A stretch of 64,000 nucleotides of DNA, from the NCBI GenBank assembly GCA_964035545.1, contig OZ037766.1, positions 8,298,722-8,362,721 on the forward strand. The letters run 5' to 3'. Position numbers and translations under genes: made by a program. Source of the DNA: Bugula neritina. Lineage: Eukaryota > Animalia > Bryozoa. Positions 52,801 to 64,000 of the stretch are shown here, one piece after another. The number at the start of each line of letters is the position of its first letter. Position 1 is the stretch's first letter. The notes under the pieces are model-generated. The model did no database searches. It was not told the origin of the DNA and was given only the letters and a program-made list of their open reading frames with translations.

Positions 52801-53459
52801 CCTCTAGGTGTTTAACATTTGTCTGTATATCACAGAATGCAAAAATAATCAAAAGCTGCAGGGTTGTAACAGACAATAATATGTACCCTAGCCATGTTTG
52901 GTTGTCAAAATTTTACTCACAAAACCTGAGCAAGTATGCTACTTTACTACATTAATGTCAACAAGCTATGACTTAAATTTTATAACATACAAATTACAAT
53001 GATTGGGTTCATTGTTAGCTAATAACACTTATAAAAGTCTAATGTATTAATAGGGTCTCAAAAATGAATATAAATCATTGGGCCAATAATATAAGAGTTG
53101 CTTCCCCATTTTTATGTTATTTAGGTCAATAAAGCCGACCATGAGCATAGTTGTAGTCAAAATAATGTGATGGGTGGCAAAGTGTTCTCATCATGCCATG
53201 ATTTTAACCAATCAAAATTACACCGAATTATCCTTATCCAATGGTATCCTTGACTGGCTTTCTTTTCCTCTTGTCGGCGTGCTGCAAACCTAACAACCAC
53301 AATGAATTATTAGTAATTTGAATTCCTTCATTCTTATTCTAATTATATGTATTGTATGTTCTAATTTTGAATGATGGTAATTATTATAAAAGAATCAGAC
53401 TGAACATGACAATTATCCGTTTTATACTTTAATAAAACTATGCTGAAAGTGGCGAATAT

Positions 53460-54060
53460 TTACTTCATAATCATAATGATAATCATAAAGTTAAAGTAAT
53501 ACAAATAGAGTAATACTAATAGTAATAGTAATACTAATAGTAATAGTAATACTAATACTAATAGTAATAGTAATACTCGTAGTATTAGTTGTATTTGTAA
53601 TAATGATAATTAATCATGGTTAATCTAATAGTAATAGTAGCTACTAGTACTTATTAGTAATACGTGTACTAATATTAATTGTAAGGGTAAACAGTAAACT
53701 TCATTCATTTAATTTATTTATCTTTGCCCTTTGGGTTTGTGCTATTTTATATTCGTATTTATATTAATATTATGATTTATGTAACTTATATCAGATAAAT
53801 TATGTCATAGTGATACTGATAGTCATGCCAATATTGAGTGACAGTAAGTATCATTAACATTTACATTTACAGTAATAATCATACTTCTTAAGTAGTTTGG
53901 TTTCGAGTAAAAGTCAGTGTTATGAAAGGCTAAAGTGACTATCACTATGATTTGGTTAAGTCTAATGTTTAAATTTTATTTAGGCCTACTCACTATTACT
54001 ATTTGCTACAATTACAATATTTTATTCATTACTCTAAATTTATTAAGACTTGCTAAAGCT
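53460..54060. repeat. Degenerate periodic tract upstream of FAR coding exon 1
   Basis: gtaatactaatagtaatagtaatactaatagtaatagtaatactaatactaatagtaatagtaatact (53510-53577); gtcatagtgatactgatagtcat; gtgactatcactatga. Confidence 0.85.
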
Positions 54061-55215
54061 ATTCTTGAGTTTTAGTTAACAAAGTAAACGTTGGGTGTCT
54101 AGTGAAAAGAAACCTGTAAATGTATGTCTGTTTACTTTCGCACTCGCAGCAGTGTCCATGTGCATCGATGCTATTATGACTAAGACTTTTAATATAATTT
54201 TATAATATTTAAATGATTGTTGTTTTCATTATTTTTTGTTATTTATTGGCTGCAAGATGTAGATTCTTAAGTCTACTAGCCTTCTTAATATTGCTTTGTC
54301 TGGTTTTGATTAACATAATTTTTAATATGCACATAACTATTTTGGTTGATAATTCCAGAGAACAAAGGTGATATTTATTCCTTTTCAGTTGAGTTTTGGT
54401 AGAACCCTCAAGTTTTCCTTAAATGATATACTTTCTTTAAATTTTCTTATGGTTCAATCAATTTTATGACTCTGTTCTAAATAATCTAAATGATCTGTTG
54501 TATTGAAAAACCATGTATTGGCTTGGCTAGCTGTTCAACTCTAAACATGAGAGGTTTACCATATCCTAATAGTTGCTGAGATTTGATGCTTTAATTGGAC
54601 ATTTGTAGTTTTTATATTGTATCTATTGCATCTGCTAAATACATTTTGTCATTAACATTAGTAATGGTATTAATGCTAGTAGATATAATAATTGTATATA
54701 CTACTTCTCTTTTAAAGATTAGTGAATGTTGTGTGCAAAAGATGTGTGTTTTAATGAAGCAGTTTCATGTCATATCCAAACTTTTACTAAAATTCATTAT
54801 AAATGTTAACTATAAGCTGATGGTCAAGTGGCTAACTTAATTATATTTTTCAACTCAAGTACTTTCTGGCAAGTAAACTACAATCTGCTACTATGCAATT
54901 TTTGTTGACTGGCCGGTGTAAGCTTTACACTTGGACTAAGCCATTCAGGTGAAATATTGATTTTACCAAGGCTTTCTACTTCTAAGTTTGTCACATCTTT
55001 GGTAGCAAGTTTAGCAGCTTATATACCTCCAAAAAGATGTTTTAATAAACGTGAGCTCTTCAATCTTGCTGTGTATCTCAACTATTGTTTGCACTAACGT
55101 TAACATCAAACTGATAAGGCCATTAATGAATGTGTATAATCTGCCTTTATCAAAATAACAATTCATTTTAGTCGCTTTGTAAATTGATACTTTTACATTG
55201 TAGAGCTCCTAAACT

Positions 55216-58200
55216 ATGGCTAGTATAAGTTTACAAGATTTTCCAACTGTAGCTCAGTTTTACAAAGGTAGAAATATTTTCCTCACCGGAGCAACAGGGT
55301 TTATTGGCAAGGTCTTTCTTGAGAAAATACTTAGATGTTGCCCGGAAATAGGGGACATTTATGTACTGATCCGCCCTCGGAGAAATAAATCAGTTCATGA
55401 AAGGTTAAGATGCATGTTTAAAGAAAAAGTAAGTGAACTTGCTTATACAAGCTAGTGTTTTTATTGTGATTCCTTAAGGGTGATTGTTAAGTGACCATGG
55501 TTTCGATCCATCTATCTCAATGCAAAAATAATACTGGCTACATATCTTAGAGCCGAGAATGTAATTTTAAAACTGTGTTTTACAAAGTCGAAAAAATGTA
55601 TTAAACTCTATTAACAAAAATACTATTGTTATTGTTCAGTTTCCTTTATTGCTGTGAATCTTGTGATTAGATTTTTGAGGAGCTACGGAGAAGATCTCCC
55701 GAGTTTGGTAGTAAAGTAAAGCCGATAGAAGGTGATATGATGGAACACAACCTTGGAATAGGCGATGAAGACGCCGAAACTCTGAGAAATAATGTCAGCA
55801 TTGTGTTTCACTCTGCCGCAACTGTAAAATTTGATGAGCCAATGAGGTTAGCAGTCTATCTGAGTTGTAAGCTTCTCCATAAACTCAGTTAACATGTGGG
55901 CCAGCAGCTTCTATGTTGTGTTGAACTATTAGAACACTACACACTTCATTGCCTACATTTATTAACACTAATTATGTTATTAGTGTTGTCACACTATTCT
56001 TTAAATATTTGTTATGTAGTTAAGATACAGACAGTAGCTGGTTATGATGACTGTTAAATTGGCACTTCAAACAGTCTTGAATCTTACCCAATAGCTAATG
56101 CTATGTTTTAGTTGTAAATTCTGATAAGAAAATGATAGTTGATGATTTTCTGCCTAGTGAGGAGAATTGTACAACTTGTGACATTGAGAGAATATAGTAG
56201 GCTACATTTTTTAAGTTAGTTTTTGTCTGGCTCAAGCAAACTGGATAAGTTTCTTGCAATAAAAGTTATCAATTTTATGAATTTATTAAAATATAGACTC
56301 TTTGTTCTAAGTTAGTTGTATGATAACCACGATTGTTTTAGTACACACTCCGTAATACATTGTGTTGATAGCTATCACTTTTGATAATTTAGCGGCAGCA
56401 CTCCAGCTGTTCTTATTTTGTTTCATATATAGAATGAGTTGTTGAGAAGCTCTTACTTTATGATTTAGACCTTGGTGGTTGGTTTTACTCTCTAAACTAC
56501 ACAGAGTACGAAAATTAATAACTTAACTAAGTGACTATTAATATGTCGTGTATTTGGTCCCTCCCTTCCTTTTATAGTTGAATAGTTGTCATTGCAGTCT
56601 TAGTTAGATATGAGTAATACCATATAGCTAATCAGAGCCTAATCTAATAATTGGGTGAAGTTTGTAATGTGTATGATGCAATGTTTGTTTTAAAATGTTA
56701 TCACATTTAATTTTCCTGCACATTATTGCTATAGTAGTGAGGTGAATGACCCAATAGTAAAGCCTGTAAGCTGTACCAAGGTCTAGTTAGGCCTTATGTT
56801 CATGTTATTGATTGTAGGCTGGCCGTTGAGATGAATGTCATTGCTGTGAGGAAAATGATCACCCTCTGCTCCACCTTCACCAAATTAGATGTACGTATCT
56901 CATAGAATATTAATAGCCTTGCTCTCTCCTACCCTGGCATCCTGTACAAAGGCGTATCAATATATAGAATTGTGTATACAATAGCACCAACACCTTTGTT
57001 GTGGCAACTGGCCTTGTATTGCTGCTGCATGCTTCTATTCAAAAGTCTATCCATGACTTGCACAAAGCAGAGCTTTGCAACCTATAAAGTTTGCAGGCTG
57101 GCTTATAGTACAATACCAGATACTAACCTCTGCATTTTATTGCCTGGTAACTTACCTGTTTATCAACAACCAAAACTTTCTTTGCTCAATCATACATGTA
57201 ACCCTAGCTCAATATCATAGAGCTGTATTAATTTCAATGAGATGCTGATTTGTCTTGGCCATTGAGTAGAGATAGCTTCATGCAATGGAAGCAATTTTTA
57301 CTCCAAGCTAATCCCGCCATACATTGTTATATATACAACTTGATAATATGTACATGTGCCATATATTACATATGTGTGACAATGTACATATTATTTTATA
57401 ATGTATTTGCAATAAGATATCTTATGCTATATTTCTTGTTATTTATACTTATTACTTTGTTACTAACATAATGTCTTCTTATATTAGCAATATATACCTG
57501 ATAGACAAGAATCAGTTGATATTATTGATTTAATAACTAAATAGAACTACATCCTTGACTGCTGCCATATCCCAAGGCTACAATATTCAAAGTGTGCTAT
57601 AACTGATGATTACTTGCATATAATTGAACTTTCAACTGGCTGAAGAGATACTAATGCAGTACCGAGTTGCCTTTACCATTGCAATCAGCATGCGTGAGCT
57701 GAGTATTGTATAGAGAGCCAAACTCACGTGCAGCAAGACACACGAGTTGGTGGAAAGTTGGTTATCTCTAGTATCTTATCTTCAGCAGAGCTAGATTGTA
57801 CTCTGCCCTGTCCATTCTAGAATCAGCTGCTAACACCTGATAACCCTGAGAACTTACCTTGATTATCTCGAACTCTGCTCCTTTAACCTCTACAGTTCAA
57901 ACTGTCCTCCTCTTTTTTATTCCATCTACTCTCTTACCTTATTAGCGCTCTTAACCATTGGAAGCAGATGTGTATTTTGATTTCCATTCTATCAGTTTAT
58001 AATATATAGTGTGTTTGCTGCCCCAGCTGTTTAAACGGCTCATTTATAAAAAGAGTTTCTTTAATTTCTATAAGTTCAGTTGAGAATTGACAGAGTTATA
58101 TTTTGTGTTTGTAGCTATTTGTACACGTGTCCACGGCGTATGCTAACTGTGACCGGCACTATATTGAAGAGATGGTATACCCAACACCAGTACAACCTCA

Positions 58201-60863
58201 GCAACTTATAGAGCTATGCAGGTATCACAATACAATACACTGCTCTGTAGGTCAATGCAGTGCCAGTATCTCAACCTTGCTTAGCTATTTCTATCTAGTT
58301 ACCTGTAGTTATAAATACCCTAGTAATTGTGAATGCCTGCCGGTACTTTTTTTCTAACCTGAAAATCAGGCACAAAACATTTCATTTTATGGTATTATTT
58401 TGAAAATCCTAGTGTGAAATATGTTATATATAATCATGATCAGAAACAATAAACACACATCTGTACCTATATAATTATCAACTTGTATATCTTAAAAGGT
58501 CTATATTCTATTGTGTAATCATAGCACCGAGTGAGCCATCATAATAATAGACCTGGGTCACACCACTTGTTCACTTGTAGCATCTGTTGCTATGTAATTT
58601 CAGTATGTTAGATGACGACACTCTAGACATGATCACACCAAAGTTACTCGGAGACAAGCCCAACACTTACACCTACACCAAACAGATTGCAGAGCATTTA
58701 CTGGTCAATGAAGGCAAGAATCTGCCTCTTACTATTGTTAGACCGTCTATAGTTGGTGCTTCCTGGAAGGAGCCATTTCCAGGTTGGATAGACAACTACA
58801 ACGGCCCGAGTGGACTGTACATTGCTGTAAGCTCGCAATACATATTGCTATCAACTGTAACTAGACCTTCTTACTGCTTTGACCTGTCTTTTCAAGCTTA
58901 AACACCTATGTATCTACAATATGATGAGAATTTGCTTGCCTCTAGTACATGCTGAACTACTTGCATTTATATCTTGGCAATTATTTCTTATAAACAGCAA
59001 ATATTGAGATATAATGATGTGTGTGATGTATTCTGGTATTAGAAATGCCTGCGTATACACTGAACCGTATCACATATACATCACATGTGTCGGGCTAATC
59101 GTGCTAATTAGACAATCATTATTGTGCAGTTAGTAATTCAAGGTTAGACAACTTCAACAAGTTAGCACCAAGTAAAGCTGACCTGTAAATGACAATGTAT
59201 TTGAATAGGCTGGCAAGGGCTTACTCAGATCCTTCAAAGCTGATACAGATGCGGTTGCAGACATTGTTCCCGTGGACATTCCTGTGAATATGATGATAGC
59301 TACAGCCTGGTACACCGTGCTTACCAAGCCAAAGGAAGTGCTCGTCTACCACTGCACCACTGGCGGTATCAACCCTTTCACTTGGGGAGAACTCGGTGAG
59401 TCTGGTTGTATGGTTGTCACGCAACTCACACAAGTTTATAGTTTATTCTTATTAATATTTCATGTCAGCTGAACTTACCTAGATATGAAATATATTGATT
59501 TTATTTCTCCCTTTGTCACTGTATTCCAGGGCATGTTTCGGTATTGCTAAATGCTTTTCGACTTTCTGATATAATGTATGCAAATGTACTCAATTTATAC
59601 TTGTATATTCAGAGAGTATCGCTTTGAAGTTCTTCTGGAAAACTCCGTTTGAGAAAGCTTTCAGGAGGCCCACCAGCACAGTCCTGAGAAGCAACTCCCT
59701 GGTACATGACTACTGGGTCTTCATCAGTCACCTGCTACCTGCTTACATGATGGATGGATTTAATAAGCTCGCTGGCGGCAGACCCATGTAAGTGTTCTTT
59801 TACTCTAAACTTTGGTTGTTGTTGACAGATTTTATGTGTATTTCTACTATGATCAAAAGTGGTGGTAACACCATTACTCTGTGCTAGCTAAAGATAAATG
59901 TGAAGTTTCTTTGTTAATACTACTAGGAGTTCTATGCTAATGTGTTACATGTTGCAGCATGGTTGACATGTATACAAAACTTCACAAAACTATGGATGTC
60001 CTGAATTTCTTCACATCTCGTTCTTGGGAATGGACTTATACTAACAATGATTCCCTTACACAGAAGCTAAATTCTCAAGATAGAAAGGTAGGATTTTGAT
60101 ATTATTGTCATATTGCTTGCGCTACATTGCTAAAGAAATTTTTTTAATTTAAATGAAGATGTTTTTTTGTGTGGCTTTTGTTAATATGCGGAGTAATTAA
60201 TGAAAATTATTCCAACGCTGTAGACATTCTTTATTGACCCGAGGAGCCTACACTGGCCCGAGTACATAGAGAATCATATACTGGGAACAAAGTTGTATGT
60301 GATGAACGAAGACATGGCTGGTGTGCCAGCAGCACGGGCTCATCTTACCAGGTAGGTCCACTTGCTGCCTTGTGGGACTTCCTCTTTACTAAACCTTGTC
60401 ATGTTTAAGTGGGGCTTTTTGACGGCATTTTATTACCAATTGTTGTATGTAACATTTTAGCTGATATGTGAACATTACATGACACAATCAGTATTAAAAT
60501 GGTTGGTCAATTTTAACCATCACACTATGCGCACACACACGCATGCATGCATGCACAACACACACTAATATTTCACAATATCTTAATGATTTGTAACTAT
60601 TGTATATATGTAAGACTTTGTATCACCCTTCGCATACTATCAATTTGGAAATAAGGAACACAACTCCCAATCATAATTACTTTTTGCTTGTGTTTTGTAG
60701 GCTAAGAAATATTAGGTACACATTCAATACTGTGATGGTCATAGCTTTGTGGAGAGTATTGATAGCTCGAAGCCAAATAGCCAGGAATCTATGGCAGTTC
60801 ATTTTAGCCTTAGTGCTCAAGTTTGTGAGGTTCACCCGTATCACTAGTTCTGTCAAGCCGTAG
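55216..60863 (+). CDS. FAR1: Fatty acyl-CoA reductase (FAR1-like), 10 exons
   Basis: Exons approx. 55216-55428, 55671-55846, 56819-56890, 58114-58221, 58604-58826, 59209-59395, 59613-59787, 59958-60087, 60223-60351, 60701-60863. Motifs [36 protein letters not shown] (YxxxK), [25 protein letters not shown], and the FAR1-type tail [10 protein letters not shown]...[15 protein letters not shown]. Confidence 0.95.
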
Positions 60864-63681
60864 TTCCATAATTTCAAGGACATATTCTCAATATTTTTCC
60901 AACAATTACAAAAGATGAAGTATCCAACTGTAGTGGTTATGAAGCCATTGTGGTACTTGGTAATGCAGTTTCACCAGTCACTTTGGAATTTATTGTAATT
61001 GTGATATGCCAGGGCTTGATCAACATCTTTATATATTATTACATAATATTTTATATATCAATATATTCATGTATGTCAAAATAAGTATATTTGTCGAGAT
61101 ATTTTTTAACCTACTAAATATATAATAGAAGTACAATTATTAATATTGAACTCGTGTTCACTGCAATATCGCAACTGCTGCTGGACCTGGAAACATGCAA
61201 GATTGTATTCTTTCATTAGTTTGTTGTCCAAGACCTCTCCATGTTTCTTATAACTTTCTTTATTGTTTGTTCCACTATTGGTTAATGTAGTTCTTTAAAC
61301 CTACAACTTGTGGCCAATGCAATTTTATATTCAGTTTAAGCTTTCGAATAACGTCTCTGTTATATTAAACAACTTGTGACTAAATCAAAATTACTCTTTT
61401 TTTTCATGGCTAAATTCAATTGCAAAAACTTTTCATAGTTATATGCTGTACTGTTATTTTAGCACCTGTAATAAAACAAGCTAAATAATAAATTTTATTA
61501 TTTGCCAACAAAACCTTTTTGTTTTGTTAGCTTTATATTTTTAGTGTTTAATGACAAAATACTAGGCATTTTGTCACAACTGGCAACATATATGAAGATC
61601 TTTGATTATACTTTACATAAACTTTAAATAGCTTGTAAAGAGTCACTATAATTTTATCCAACTTGCATGTACTATTTGTTAAGTCAATAGATTTTAGAGG
61701 TTTCCGTTACGTAATGGATTTGTTGAGTCAAGGCCATATAAGTACATCATTTATGTATGGTTTGACAGTTGAGGTGGAGGTATGTTGATAAAATGAGTGA
61801 CCATGGGGAAATCTCTTGCTAGTATACATATTAACTATAATTACTAATATTCATTAACCTGGTCTGCTATAAATGTTAGAATAATTCACAGACCTATATT
61901 CTAGTCACTAGTGCACATCCAGCATGCCATTATGGTCTAAACTCTAATGAGTATAATTCTGGGACAACTCCCTCACCTCAACATTTTTTACTGTAGCATC
62001 AACATTGTTCTTTGAACTTACTATGTATACCAGTTACTTGATTAGAATTCACTTGTTAATTATTATTTCAATATACTAATAGGTTAAAGGCTAGATTCAT
62101 GTAGGTCTAAATTAAAACAGCAGTTTGTGATCAACCAAGCAACAAAAAACGGTAGAACAATTTCTAATGATAACTGCTTGTCACAATGCAACATAGTTAC
62201 TGATATAAGCTATAACAATAATTATTATGTTCTATGATTAAAGAAATAAAATTTAAGTAGTTAATTATAAGCCTTGTAATAAAATTGTGCAAACTTGCAT
62301 GTTATTTGCCTAAAGCAGTTTGTTATAATATAGTTAAATGTAACTGCATACCAAATTTCACAAATGCTTATTTCGATTTGGTATTTGACTTTTGGGATAA
62401 TAATATGTAGCAATTCATCTACCCTAGACAAATACATGAAGATAAGCATTATAAAACAAAACAAAGTTTGTGGAAACCAATGCATAGCTGCTAAAAGATA
62501 GTCTTTAAAAATCTTTGAAAAAAAGTTTTTATGTCATGACGTAATATATGCACACAACAATTGCTGGTTGTACTTTTATGCACTCTAGGTTCTTTGCATA
62601 CATCATCTTTGTGTATAAATACAATAACTGCATGCATTTAATTACTTATTTATTAGCCATTATGAAACATTCATCATATATATAGCAATGGATATTATAT
62701 ACACATTTAATATTTCATATTCACTACATTTAGTATAAATGACAGGAAAAATAAGTTGAAAGAAATACTTGACTGGGGAGAGACCAAGTAAATGGATCAA
62801 TAGCTTCATATAGCATCACTAGTAGTTGGTGTGTATGACACATAAAGCAGCTTTTCAACTAGTCTCAGTATAACTTCATATATGCATGTAATATTGATTT
62901 CTTCATGCTACAGAAGTATATACTACAATATTAGTAGTTGTGTGTATCTAGAGTTACTGCATTGAACATCCTAGTAATCATTTTGTTTAGCTAAAGTTGT
63001 TGTTGGGTGAGCATATACTTACTGCATTTTATTCTAATACTTAGCAGAGGTAAGTCTTATGCCCATCATTGTAAAATTTGTATTAGTTGACTAATAAAAT
63101 TACCCTAAAACTATAGTAACTGGGCAACTTAGTGTCAACATGAATAACAAATCACTTTAAATTTGCAAGTTGAAGTTTATCTACTTCAGATTCTTCTGCA
63201 ACAAGATTTTCTGGTATAGTGCACAGGTGTGGAAGGTATACAAAAGCTACCACACCTGCTGATAGATACAAAGAGAATTCCTAAGGGAATGTGATTGGTC
63301 CTCATTAGTACACTTTATTTTTTATATGCACCTTGAGCACTTTCGTAAAATGTCAACTAACATACCTTTTGGCTAGTATGGGATTGACAATGTGCCATTT
63401 GCTAACATGTTTTCTAACAAAGCAGACGTGTTTTGACATAAGCAGTGAAACATGATGATTTCAGTGATGCCGTGTGTGAGAAAAATAGGTTTTAAATATT
63501 ATGTTGTCTGTTGCAGATATGTAAGTATATGAAATTAAATATCCATTGATAATTTGCATAAGCGCTATCTCATGCTACTCTTCACAGTTCATATAGAAAC
63601 AAATGCTGTTTATAAATTAGCTTTATGCATTGAAAGTTTAATGTCTACTGTTTCTCTTCCAGGTCAGTAACAGTAAACAAA

Positions 63682-63736
63682 ATGGCTTCTTTTATAGCCA
63701 AACAACTTGTTGGAAAACAGCTAAATGCTGTAAAAG
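63682..63736 (+). CDS. cpx: Complexin, first coding exon (gene continues beyond window)
   Basis: MASFIAKQLVGKQLNAVKG matches the invertebrate complexin N-terminus (MAAFIAKQMVGNQLSAVKG type). Acceptor ttccAG at 63661-63662 and phase-1 donor G|gttggt at 63736/7. Too short for the ORF track. Confidence 0.85.
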
Positions 63737-64000
63737 GTTGGTGTAAACATAATATTGTCATATATTTAGTTTACTAAGACATAATTGATTTAAAAGTTGA
63801 ATATACTACTTAAATGGATTGCCAAGTGTATATATTATTACAGCAATACAACAGAGCTTACTTACAGAATATATTAAATTATAACGGCTTACTACAAACT
63901 TTTGCTCAATTTTTGTAAACAGCATTTGTTCACAAACTCAGCTCCTTTCTGTCATACAACTGGCTGTTTTCCCATACTATTTCTCAAATTTTTGAAGAAG

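Noticed and set aside
62765-62810. ATACTTGACTGGGGAGAGACC resembling the U1 snRNA 5' end
   Set aside because: The ACTTACCTG core is mismatched, and no downstream stem-loops or Sm site follow.
1-64000. CRISPR arrays, prokaryotic operons or horizontally acquired DNA
   Set aside because: No repeat-spacer structure is present; the recognised genes are all of metazoan families, mostly with spliceosomal introns.

Overview
AT-rich, intron-rich nuclear DNA from an invertebrate animal. A lophotrochozoan origin is plausible, but the species cannot be determined from this sequence. Eight protein-coding genes were reconstructed by eye from GT/GC-AG exons: 3' part of attractin (+, to ~11284), acid phosphatase type 7 (-, 16586-12037), MOSMO (+, 19171-19722), a large uncharacterised low-complexity nuclear protein (-, ~31470-20204), isovaleryl-CoA dehydrogenase (-, 39553-33501), ZFYVE28/Lst2 (+, 41888-48839), fatty acyl-CoA reductase (+, 55216-60863) and the first coding exon of complexin (+, 63682-63736). 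Mobile DNA comprises two tRNA-Thr-derived SINEs in IVD introns, a 3.16-kb non-autonomous hAT-type element (8-bp TSD) carrying a nested TA-TSD element, and fainter relics. The most unusual signal is a set of five 0.5-2 kb degenerate 3/6-nt periodic tracts in which A/T positions are largely fixed and G/C interchange. Four lie next to putative CpG-retaining promoter cores, on the transcribed side(s). Other notable points: attractin and MOSMO are about 8 kb apart; a possible 4-nt microexon creates a split upstream ATG for complexin; there are two GC-AG introns; and one SINE insertion carries an inverted copy of its own flank. Exon boundaries are manual and approximate. No CRISPR, rRNA or intact tRNA gene was seen.
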